DNA of 32,000 nt, from assembly GCA_004284765.1 (NCBI GenBank), contig NQJD01000026.1, positions 3,235-35,234 of the forward strand. Direction: 5' to 3'. Origin of the DNA: Candidatus Electronema aureum (lineage in GTDB: Bacteria; Desulfobacterota; Desulfobulbia; Desulfobulbales; Desulfobulbaceae). Below are positions 1 through 9,329 of the stretch, piece after piece. The notes under the pieces were generated by a model. It saw only the letters and a list, made by a program, of their open reading frames with translations, was not told where the DNA came from and made no database searches. Made by a program: the position numbers and the translations under genes. The number at the start of each line of letters is the position of its first letter. Within the stretch, counting starts at the first letter, position 1.

Positions 1-521
1 GGAGTCGTCGCCGCAAGCATGAGGTGCCGGTGGTTTCGCTGGTCGGCTACACCAACGCGGGTAAATCCACCTTGCTCAACAGTCTAACTGGTGCGCATAT
101 TTTGGCCGAGGATATGCTGTTCGCCACCCTTGACCCTACTTCGCGCCGCTTCCGCCTGCCCGGCGGGACAGAAGCGGTGCTGACAGACACCGTGGGCTTT
201 ATCCGCAATCTGCCTGCTGAATTGCTCAAGGCTTTTGCCTCAACGCTTGAAGAGCTGTCTGAGGCTGACTTGCTTCTGCATGTGATTGATTTGGCGAATC
301 CGGCGTGGCAGCAACAAGTAGAAGTGGTGGACAGTTTGCTGCACGAACTTGAGCTGGAGCAGATTCCCTGCCTGCGGGTTTACAACAAGATGGACCTACT
401 GCCGGAGGGTTTGCCGTTACAGGCGAATGGCGGGGTTTATGTCAGTGCCAGAGATGCGGCAAGTTTAGCCGGCCTGTTGATGGAGATAGAGAAGAGGCTG
501 ACTATACGCGAGGGCTGCTAA
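1..521 (+). CDS. hflX: GTPase HflX, C-terminal part (5' end lies outside the window)
   Basis: The frame is open back to base 3. GTPase motifs occur in HflX order: G1 GYTNAGKST, G3 DTVGFI, G4 NKMD. Confidence 0.85.
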   Translation, partial: SRRRKHEVPVVSLVGYTNAGKSTLLNSLTGAHILAEDMLFATLDPTSRRFRLPGGTEAVLTDTVGFIRNLPAELLKAFASTLEELSEADLLLHVIDLANPAWQQQVEVVDSLLHELELEQIPCLRVYNKMDLLPEGLPLQANGGVYVSARDAASLAGLLMEIEKRLTIREGC

Positions 522-544
522 AATGATGAACAGAGTTTTTCACC

Positions 545-1939
545 TCAACATGAAGAAGCGGAGAACTTTGGAAAGACCTTGCCTGGATTAAGAATGCCGT
601 TGGGATCAAAAAGCTGCTTCAGCCTGCGCATGAGCTGGAGGCTGGCCGGGTCAATCTCCAGCGGCAGAAAGGCGGACTTGGTGATGCCGATGCCGTGCTC
701 GCCGGAAAGCGTGCCGCCGAGACTGAGGACAAAGCGGAACAGCCGCTCTTTGGCCTCAAGGCCGTTGCGGTGTTCATCGGGATCGCTCTTGTCGAGCATG
801 ATGTTGACGTGAATGTTGCCGTCGCCCGCGTGGCCGAAGGTGAGAATGAGCAGCTTCAGCTCAACGGCCAGCCGCTCGGTGAAGGCCACCAGATCGGGAA
901 TCTTTGAGCGCGGCACCACCACGTCTTCGGCGATTTTGTGTGGCCTGAGCGAGAGCACCGCAGGCGAAATCGAACGCCGGGCCAGCCACAGTTCCGCCGT
1001 CTTCTGCTCGTCCGCCGCTTGGCGGAGAACGCAATTGCCCTTTTCCGCAACAAACTTGGCGAAGCGGGCCGCCTGCTGATGCACCTCCTCCTTGCTGCCG
1101 TCGAACTCCACCAAAAGCAGGGCTGCAGTTCCGTCCGGCAACGGCTGCTTGAGCCGGTCGCGCACAGCGGCAATCGCGGTTCTGTCCATGTATTCGAGGG
1201 TGCAGGGCAGCAGCCCGGCGGAGAGGATTTCCGCCACTAACTTGGTCGCCTCAGCCAAATCGGGGAAAGTGAGGAGAAAGGTGGCCTTGCTTTCGGTCAG
1301 CGGCAGCAGGCGCAGGATGAGCTTGGTGAAGACCGCCAGCGTCCCTTCCGAGCCGATCAGCAGGCGGGTCAGATCGTAGCCGACCACGCCTTTTTCCGTG
1401 CGCACGCCGGTTTTGATGATCTCGCCGCTCGGCAGCACCGCCTCCAGACCGATGATGTAGTCGCGGGTCACGCCGTACTTGACCGCGCTGGGGCCGCCCG
1501 CGCACTCCGCTGCATTGCCGCCAATAGAGCAGAATTTCAGGCTGGCCGGATCGGGCGGATACATCAGGCCGCGCTTTTTCAGGGCCGCTTGCAGCTCGCC
1601 GGTGATCAGGCCCGGCTCAACCACGGCGATCATGTTGGCGGCATCAATCTCCAGAATCCGGTTCATCCGGCTGAAGGTTATTACCAGCCCGCGCGCCACC
1701 GGCAGCGCGCCGCCGGTCACGCCGCTGCCCGCGCCGCGCGGAATGACCGGAAAGCGGTGCTCGTTGGCCAGCCGCAGGATCGCCGCAACCTGCTCCGCTG
1801 TTTCCGGCATCGCGGCGGCATCTGGCAGAAAGCTCTGGCCGGTCGCGTCGTAGCTGTAGCAGGCGCGGTCTTCCCAGCTTGTCAGCAGGCTGTCCGGGCC
1901 GAGAATGCGCCGGAGTTCTTTGAGGATGTGTTTGTCCAT
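545..1939 (-). CDS. FAD-linked oxidase (GlcD / D-lactate dehydrogenase family)
   Basis: FAD_binding_4-like PRGAGSGVTGGA and C-terminal GEHGIGITK motifs. The ATG at 1939 (MDKHILKELRRILG) is preferred over the ORF-track start at 1981. Confidence 0.85.
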   Translation of the reverse strand: MDKHILKELRRILGPDSLLTSWEDRACYSYDATGQSFLPDAAAMPETAEQVAAILRLANEHRFPVIPRGAGSGVTGGALPVARGLVITFSRMNRILEIDAANMIAVVEPGLITGELQAALKKRGLMYPPDPASLKFCSIGGNAAECAGGPSAVKYGVTRDYIIGLEAVLPSGEIIKTGVRTEKGVVGYDLTRLLIGSEGTLAVFTKLILRLLPLTESKATFLLTFPDLAEATKLVAEILSAGLLPCTLEYMDRTAIAAVRDRLKQPLPDGTAALLLVEFDGSKEEVHQQAARFAKFVAEKGNCVLRQAADEQKTAELWLARRSISPAVLSLRPHKIAEDVVVPRSKIPDLVAFTERLAVELKLLILTFGHAGDGNIHVNIMLDKSDPDEHRNGLEAKERLFRFVLSLGGTLSGEHGIGITKSAFLPLEIDPASLQLMRRLKQLFDPNGILNPGKVFPKFSASSC

Positions 1940-2161
1940 TTTTGATGCAAGAGACCTCTTTGTTATCCGCGTCAAGCACACCGTGAAGGGTTTGATCGAA
2001 CATTTTTAACCTTGCGAATGCGGGATCACGGCGTGGCCGGGCCATTGACACTGCCCAAGTTCCAGCAGGAAAAACTGGAGATGCCGGTGCATTATCTACG
2101 ATCTACGTCGCGGACTCTTTGATCCAAGGGGCAAAACGGCATCCGGCTCTCCTTGCATTGG

Positions 2162-2207
2162 TCATTTATATTCCAGTTGAGATAAATCTCAACTGGAATA
2201 TAAATGA
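2162..2207. repeat. 46-bp perfect AT-rich palindrome (22-bp arms, 2-nt centre) in a divergent intergenic region
   Basis: TCATTTATATTCCAGTTGAGAT aa ATCTCAACTGGAATATAAATGA, read directly. It lies 56 bp upstream of the ATG at 2263, and a CATAAT hexamer follows at 2213-2218. Confidence 0.9.
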
Positions 2208-2262
2208 TGACTCATAATACAGACCGGCTCAACCTTATCAACCTTTGCTTGAGGAGCATCTG

Positions 2263-2631
2263 ATGGACATTTTTACTTCTGCGATCATGGCTGCGCTGGG
2301 CAATTTAGGCGTAAAGGCGGTTGGCGATGCCTATGAGGGTGTAAAAGCACTGGTTCAGCGCAAGTTCGGCGCGGACCATAAGATGACCAAAGCGATTGAA
2401 GAGCTTGAGCAAGAGCCTGACTCGGACGGCTGGAAGCTCGTTCTGCAAGAGGCAGCGAAAAAAGCTGGTGCGGACAAGGATGCCGAGATTATGAAGGCGG
2501 TTCAAGCATTGCTGGATGCGGTGAAGGCGCAGCCGGGTGGCGAAAAAGCTATTCAGCAGATCATCAATCAGCAGGTGAGCGGCAGCGGACACATCTTTTC
2601 TGGCAGTGGAAATGTAACCGTCACCAAATAA
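2263..2631 (+). CDS. Small all-helical protein with a C-terminal G-rich motif shared with the downstream NLR (Bell/HeLo-analogous effector candidate)
   Basis: GAGGAG RBS at 2251-2256, 6 nt before the ATG at 2263. N-terminal hydrophobic helix MDIFTSAIMAALGNLGV, then charged helices. The C-terminal INQQVSGSGHIFSGSGNVTVTK is encoded at 2563-2628. The stop overlaps the next start (TAATG). Confidence 0.75.
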   Translation: MDIFTSAIMAALGNLGVKAVGDAYEGVKALVQRKFGADHKMTKAIEELEQEPDSDGWKLVLQEAAKKAGADKDAEIMKAVQALLDAVKAQPGGEKAIQQIINQQVSGSGHIFSGSGNVTVTK

Positions 2632-5180
2632 TGGCTGACAAGATTGATCAGACCGTTCAGGGTAGCGGTCATATCTTTTCCGGCACCGGTGATGTTCATG
2701 TCGAACATCATCATTACCCTCCCGGAACCGCTCCTCCCTCCCCGCCGCCCCCTCTCTCCGCTAAATTCGACCTCTCCCGCCTGCCGACGACCGGTTCCGC
2801 GCTGTTTGGCAGGGACGACGAGCTTGCGCTGATTGATCGAGCCTGGCAGGAGAGCGGAACCAACGTTCTCGTGCTGACTGCGATGGGTGGCGCGGGCAAA
2901 ACATCGCTGCTGCGGAAGTGGATTGACGATAAGCGGTATCGCGGCGCGGATGCGGTGTACACTTGGTCGTTTTATTTGCAGGGATCAAGCGGTGAGGAGC
3001 AGGCTTCAGCGGCTGAATTCTTTGACAACGCGCTGGCCTGGTTCGGTCATGACGGCAGCCCGATCCGCTCGGAGCATAACCGGGGCGTGAAATTGGCTGA
3101 ATTGGTCTGCCGCCAGCGCACGCTGCTGCTGCTCGACGGCTTGGAGCCGCTCCAGCACCCCTTGGGCGGGCCGATGAACGGCGCGCTCAAGGACAAGGGC
3201 CTCGTCAGCCTGTGCGTGCAGCTTGCGGCGGACAACAACGGCCTCCTGCTCATATCCTCCCGCCAGCCGGTGATGGAGCTGAACGGCAGGCCGCATCAGC
3301 AGCAGCACGAGCTGGAGCCGCTCAACGCCGCAGCGGGCATCTCCTTGTTCCACGCCGCAGGGATCAAGGGCACCGACAAGGAGCTGACCGACACGGTGAA
3401 GGCGTACAACGGCCACGCTCTGTCCCTCAGCCTGCTGGCCAAGTACCTGAGCGAATACGAGAAGGGCGACATCCGCCAGCAGGACACGCTGCGCGGCCTG
3501 ACCGAGTTCCCGGAGGCCACCCGCGACAGCCTCCACGCCTTCAAGGTGATGTCCGCCTATGAGCGGCAGCTCTTCGGCAGCCCGGATTTGCAGATCCTCT
3601 TCTGCCTTGGCCTGTTCGACCGCCCGGCTGCGGCGGAGGTCATGTTTTTTTTGCAGAAGGAGGGCCTCGTCGGTCTGCCCAACGACGAGCGGGTGTACCG
3701 CGCCGCCTGCGGAAGGCTGCGCAAGCAAGGGCTGCTGAACAAGATCCGCCCGGAGCAGCCGCAGAACCTCGACACGCACCCGCTGGTGCGCCAGTATTTC
3801 GGCAAGAGGCTATCCGCGCTGCACCCGGAGAGCTGGCGGCAGGCGCACGTCCGGCTGTACGAGCACTTCAAGGCCGCAGCCAAGGAGCTGCCCGATACCT
3901 TGGAGGAGATGGAGCCGTTGTTTGCGGCGGTGCGGCACGGCTGCGCAGCGGGGATGCGCCAGAATGCACTGGATGAGGTGTACTGGCTGAGGATAAAGAG
4001 GCAAAAAGAGCATTACTTAACCAGTAAACTTGGCGCATTTGCTGCTGACTTAGCCGTCGTATCCTACTTTTTTGCCGTGCCGTGGAGTATGCCAGCCGCA
4101 GAATTGACCGATGATGCCAAGGCATGGATACTCATTGTGGCTGCATTCGGCCTGCGTGCCATTGGACGGCTGACCGAGGCGGCAGAGCCGATGCAGGCAG
4201 GGCTGGAAATGGGAATTCAACAGGAAGATTGGAAAGGAGCAGCGGCAGCTGCCTCCAACCTCAGCGAATTATATCTGACTGTCGGCGATGTTGCGCAGGC
4301 AGTTGCCGCTGGACGGCAGAGCGTGGATCTTGCTGATCAGAGCGGAGACGCTGCGGGGCGCATAACCTGCCGTACAACGCTCGCCGATGCCCTGCATCAG
4401 GCCGGAGAACTGGCGGATAGTCATGCCTTATTCGCTGAGGCGGAAAAAATGCAGCAGGAATGGCAGCCGGAATACGACCGGCTCTATTCATTGCGGGGAT
4501 TTCGCTATTGCGACCTGCTGCTGGCTGGCGGCGCATGGCCGGAAGTGCGCGGGAGGGCGGAGAAGGCAATAAAAATCGCGGAAAAGTATCTGGGCTTATT
4601 AGATGTTGCCTTGGACAAACTTTCTCTGGGCCGCGCCGCTGTGCAAGAAGCGGTTGTGCAAGCTGATCTGTCTATCATTTCAGGCGTTGCCCCGGACTTG
4701 GCCTGCGTTCAACCTATCAGTGGATACGTTGAACCTATCAGCCGAGGCGATGAACGTATCAGCGGATGCGTTGAACGTATTGACGGAGCCGTCGAACGTA
4801 TCGGCGGATACGATGAACCTATCCGCCGAGCCGTTGAATGGCTCGATCAGGCGGTTGATGGCCTGCGTGAAGCGGGTTATGAGGATTATTTACCGCGTGG
4901 ACTGCTTGCCCGCGCCGCGTGCCGCCGCTGGGCAGCGCATTTTTCGGCTGCGGAACAGGATTTGCGGGAATGCGAAGAGATTGCCCAGCGCGGCGGAATG
5001 CAGCTGCACCTCATTGACTGCCATCTGGAGGCCGCCAGACTTGCTCGTGCCAGCGGCAGGGCCGTTCTTGGCCTCACCGCAGAGGAGCATCTGGCCGCCG
5101 CACAGGAGGGAATCGCCAAAACCTGCTATAAACGAAGGCTGGTGGAGGCGGAGGAGATTGCGGCGATGATTCCTCAGTAG
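2631..5180 (+). CDS. NLR-like STAND ATPase: N-terminal short motif, His/Pro-rich linker, NB-ARC NTPase, TPR-like C-terminal region
   Basis: Walker A GMGGAGKTSLL, Walker B LLLLDGLE, LLISSRQ, and GHALSLSLLAKYL (equivalent of the GLPLA motif). TPR-like helices lie in the C-terminal half. The N-terminal IDQTVQGSGHIFSGTGDVHV is encoded at 2643-2702. Confidence 0.85.
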   Translation: MADKIDQTVQGSGHIFSGTGDVHVEHHHYPPGTAPPSPPPPLSAKFDLSRLPTTGSALFGRDDELALIDRAWQESGTNVLVLTAMGGAGKTSLLRKWIDDKRYRGADAVYTWSFYLQGSSGEEQASAAEFFDNALAWFGHDGSPIRSEHNRGVKLAELVCRQRTLLLLDGLEPLQHPLGGPMNGALKDKGLVSLCVQLAADNNGLLLISSRQPVMELNGRPHQQQHELEPLNAAAGISLFHAAGIKGTDKELTDTVKAYNGHALSLSLLAKYLSEYEKGDIRQQDTLRGLTEFPEATRDSLHAFKVMSAYERQLFGSPDLQILFCLGLFDRPAAAEVMFFLQKEGLVGLPNDERVYRAACGRLRKQGLLNKIRPEQPQNLDTHPLVRQYFGKRLSALHPESWRQAHVRLYEHFKAAAKELPDTLEEMEPLFAAVRHGCAAGMRQNALDEVYWLRIKRQKEHYLTSKLGAFAADLAVVSYFFAVPWSMPAAELTDDAKAWILIVAAFGLRAIGRLTEAAEPMQAGLEMGIQQEDWKGAAAAASNLSELYLTVGDVAQAVAAGRQSVDLADQSGDAAGRITCRTTLADALHQAGELADSHALFAEAEKMQQEWQPEYDRLYSLRGFRYCDLLLAGGAWPEVRGRAEKAIKIAEKYLGLLDVALDKLSLGRAAVQEAVVQADLSIISGVAPDLACVQPISGYVEPISRGDERISGCVERIDGAVERIGGYDEPIRRAVEWLDQAVDGLREAGYEDYLPRGLLARAACRRWAAHFSAAEQDLRECEEIAQRGGMQLHLIDCHLEAARLARASGRAVLGLTAEEHLAAAQEGIAKTCYKRRLVEAEEIAAMIPQ
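4710..4856 (+). repeat. In-frame 21-bp (heptad) tandem repeat, 6 good units plus 1 degenerate, inside the NLR gene
   Basis: Units start at 4710, 4731, 4752, 4773, 4794, 4815 and 4836, with consensus gaacSTATCnncgGAnnCGtt. They encode QPISGYV EPISRGD ERISGCV ERIDGAV ERIGGYD EPIRRAV EWLDQAV. Confidence 0.9.
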
Positions 5181-5200
5181 GGGCGTTTCGCGAAACGCCC
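5181..5200 (+). terminator. GC-rich hairpin immediately after the NLR stop (REP-like; possible terminator)
   Basis: GGGCGTTTCG/CGAAACGCCC is a perfect 20-bp palindrome starting 1 nt after the stop. The trailing sequence ttacatt is only weakly T-rich. Confidence 0.45.
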
Positions 5201-5290
5201 TTACATTATACAAAGAAAATGGTTACGGTGCGCCGTACCTTTCTGATCTCCTTAGAGATATCCCAACGGTGCAAGTATGAGACAACTCAG

Positions 5291-6139
5291 ATGAATGCTA
5301 ACCAACACACCGGCACCTTACACATCGTTGCCACGCCCATTGGCAACCTCAGCGATATTAGCCTGCGAATGCGTGAGGTCTTAGCCACTGCGGATATTAT
5401 CGCCTGCGAAGATACCCGACACACGCGCAAGCTGCTTTCTCACTTGAATATCAGCGCAAAGTTGACCAGCTGTCACCGCGATAACGAACAACAGAAAGCC
5501 ACGCAACTTGTCGAGCGGTTGCTCTCAGGCTCGACAGTGGCGTTGGTCTCTGATGCTGGGACACCCGGTCTTTCCGATCCAGGCGCAGTGCTGGTACGAG
5601 CAGCGCGGGCCGCTGGAATTACGGTAGTACCGGTGCCAGGGCCATCAGCCTTGGCAACTGCCCTTTCTGTCGCGGGGTTAGATGATTCCAACTTTTACTT
5701 TGGCGGCTTTCTCTCAGCGAAAAAGAGCGAGCGCCGGAAGCAGCTCACCGCGCTCAAGTCTTTACCTTGCCCGATGATCTTTTATGAGGCACCGCATCGG
5801 ATAGAGGCTGCGTTGCAGGACTGCTTCGATATCCTCGGCGACCGACAAGCTCAAGTCTTCCGCGAGCTAACCAAGCTCCATGAAGAACATAAAGCCGGGA
5901 TGCTGTCCGCGCTGATAGAGCAAATGAGCGGCAAGGTACTGGGGGAATTGGTGCTGCTCGTCAGTGGTGCAGAGGAAAAGCAGCATGAGGAACGGCCTGA
6001 AAATCTTGACGAGTTGATTCTCTGGCACCGTGATCAAGAAGGCAGTTCGCTCAAAGACGCAGCAAAGCAAATTGCCGATGCCTTAGATATGCCTAAATCG
6101 CAAGTGTATCAGCGCGCCCTAAGCCTCTGGCAGACATGA
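5291..6139 (+). CDS. rsmI: 16S rRNA (cytidine1402-2'-O)-methyltransferase RsmI
   Basis: N-terminal GTLHIVATPIGNLSDISLR...IACEDTRHTRKLL tetrapyrrole-methylase-fold signature typical of RsmI. The ATG at 5291 (MNANQH) is preferred over 5219. Confidence 0.88.
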   Translation: MNANQHTGTLHIVATPIGNLSDISLRMREVLATADIIACEDTRHTRKLLSHLNISAKLTSCHRDNEQQKATQLVERLLSGSTVALVSDAGTPGLSDPGAVLVRAARAAGITVVPVPGPSALATALSVAGLDDSNFYFGGFLSAKKSERRKQLTALKSLPCPMIFYEAPHRIEAALQDCFDILGDRQAQVFRELTKLHEEHKAGMLSALIEQMSGKVLGELVLLVSGAEEKQHEERPENLDELILWHRDQEGSSLKDAAKQIADALDMPKSQVYQRALSLWQT

Positions 6140-7011
6140 GCGGACGTTGGCGAACGCATCTCTTGATGCTGCTGACCACAATGCTGGTCTCAACCTCGTT
6201 CACCGTGGGCAAAGCCATTGCGGGCGGTATGGACCCAGCCGTGCTGACCCTCCTCCGCTTTGCCTTGGCAGCCCTGCTCTTTCTGCCCTTTGTCGCGTGG
6301 AAATACGGTCTGTACCTGCCGAAGAGAAAGCAGTTCGTTGGCTACGCCTGCATCAGCTTTACCCTCACCGGCTTCTTCTGGCTGATGTTTCTCTCCTTGC
6401 AAAGTACCACCGCCTTGAACACCGGGGTCATTTACACCTTGGTACCGGGATTGTCCGGCCTTTACAGTGCCGTCCTGCTCCGCGAGCGATTAGGCAAATA
6501 CCGACTCATGGCTTTAGTTCCGGCCACCGTCGGAGCGATCTGGGTCCTGTTTCACGGCAGCTGGCAACAGCTGTTGGCTTTTAATCTCAAGTCCGGCGAC
6601 CTGATTTTCTTCTGCGGCTGCCTGCTGATGGCGTTCTACACCCCGCTTGTTAAACTCTTCCATCGCGATGAGCCGATGTCAGTAATGACCTTCTGGATAC
6701 TGATCACCGGGTGCGGATGGCTGCTGCTCTTCTTTAGCCAACGATTGATGGCTATGGTTTGGGCAGATGTTCCGGCGCAGGTCTGGAGAGGCATTGCCTA
6801 TTTGGCGATCTTCTCAACCATGATCACCTTCTTCCTCAGTCAGCTTTGCACCTTGCGCCTTGGCCCGACCAGAGTCATGGCGTATAGCTACCTCTACCCG
6901 CCTTTTATTATGCTGATCGAATGGGCGTATGGCCAGCCGCTGCCGCCTGTGCAGATGCTACCGGGCTTAGTGTTGATTGTTGCAGCAATGCTGATTGTCC
7001 AGCAGGAGTGA
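6136..7011 (+). CDS. DMT superfamily (EamA-type) transporter
   Basis: About 10 hydrophobic helices in a two-fold EamA-like organisation. The start overlaps the rsmI stop (ATGA). Confidence 0.75.
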   Translation: MSGRWRTHLLMLLTTMLVSTSFTVGKAIAGGMDPAVLTLLRFALAALLFLPFVAWKYGLYLPKRKQFVGYACISFTLTGFFWLMFLSLQSTTALNTGVIYTLVPGLSGLYSAVLLRERLGKYRLMALVPATVGAIWVLFHGSWQQLLAFNLKSGDLIFFCGCLLMAFYTPLVKLFHRDEPMSVMTFWILITGCGWLLLFFSQRLMAMVWADVPAQVWRGIAYLAIFSTMITFFLSQLCTLRLGPTRVMAYSYLYPPFIMLIEWAYGQPLPPVQMLPGLVLIVAAMLIVQQE

Positions 7012-7043
7012 CGTTGTTCGTTAGCTGCCCCTTGAATGCAAAC

Positions 7044-7083
7044 AAAAAAGCGATGCCGCCTCCGTAGAGACAGCATCGCTTTT
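7044..7083. terminator. Bidirectional rho-independent terminator between convergent EamA and groEL genes
   Basis: The stem AAGCGATGC ... GCATCGCTT is flanked by an upstream A-run and a downstream T-run. Confidence 0.7.
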
Positions 7084-7117
7084 ACTTTTCTTGAGCAGAT
7101 AGAAAAGATGCGACGAC

Positions 7118-8791
<1,674 letters not shown>

Positions 8792-8831
8792 TTATAGCTT
8801 GTGATTAAAACAGGATAGTCGCAGAACAGGC

Positions 8832-9122
8832 TTACGCTTCGATGATGCCGAGAATGTCCTCTTCACGCATGATGAGGTATTTTTCGCCATCCAACTTCAC
8901 ATCGGTGCCGCCGTATTTGGAGAACAGTACCCGGTCGCCAACCTTGACATCCATAGCAATCCGCTCGCCTGCATCATTCCGCTTGCCTGCGCCAACAGCA
9001 ACGACCTTGCCTTCAGCCGGTTTTTCTTTGGCAGAGTCGGGGATGATGATGCCGCCTGCGGTTTTCTCTTCCTCTTCCACTCTCTTGACCAGAATGCGGT
9101 CATTCAACGGACGAATATTCAT
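8832..9122 (-). CDS. groES: Co-chaperonin GroES
   Basis: [35 protein letters not shown]... with an AGGAGG RBS at 9129-9134 (minus strand). The ORF-track N-terminal extension to 9179 is discarded. Confidence 0.97.
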   Translation of the reverse strand: MNIRPLNDRILVKRVEEEEKTAGGIIIPDSAKEKPAEGKVVAVGAGKRNDAGERIAMDVKVGDRVLFSKYGGTDVKLDGEKYLIMREEDILGIIEA

Positions 9123-9240
9123 GGACAATCCTCCTGTTACAGAATTTAATAGGGAGTTTAGGCCGACCTCCTTCTGCATGATGTCGGCTCACGTTTACTT
9201 GCTCGGACAGAAAATTAATTCCTGTCATCTGACTGCGCCA

Positions 9241-9272
9241 AACAATAGGAACGGATCAGGGGAAATCAAGGG
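9241..9272 (-). promoter_or_regulatory. Possible sigma-32-type heat-shock promoter for groES-groEL
   Basis: The minus strand reads CCCTTGATT, then 14 nt, then CCTATTGTT. This is a good -35 match and only a partial -10 match to CTTGAAA-N13-14-CCCCATNT. It lies about 120 nt upstream of the groES ATG. Confidence 0.3.
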
Positions 9273-9329
9273 CGAGAGGGAGAAAAAAATGCTTTTCCCT
9301 TCCTTCATGCTGGAATAAAAAGAAAAATA

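Noticed and set aside
579-2051. Numerous 60-135-aa ORFs on both strands overlapping the FAD-linked oxidase gene
   Set aside because: These are Arg/Ala/Pro/Gly-rich low-complexity translations typical of shadow frames in GC-rich coding DNA. The 545-1939 minus frame carries clear family motifs.
3006-3779. 257-aa minus-strand ORF, plus the 188-aa plus-strand alternative frame at 4603-5169, inside the NLR gene
   Set aside because: Both lie wholly within the motif-bearing NB-ARC/TPR frame. Their composition is low-complexity (L/R/A/Q-rich) and they have no RBS or recognisable domains.
4710-4856. The 21-bp tandem array, and the 23-bp array at 19717-19808, considered as CRISPR arrays
   Set aside because: The units are contiguous with no spacers and are too short and too few. 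One array is in frame within a CDS. No cas genes are present in the window.
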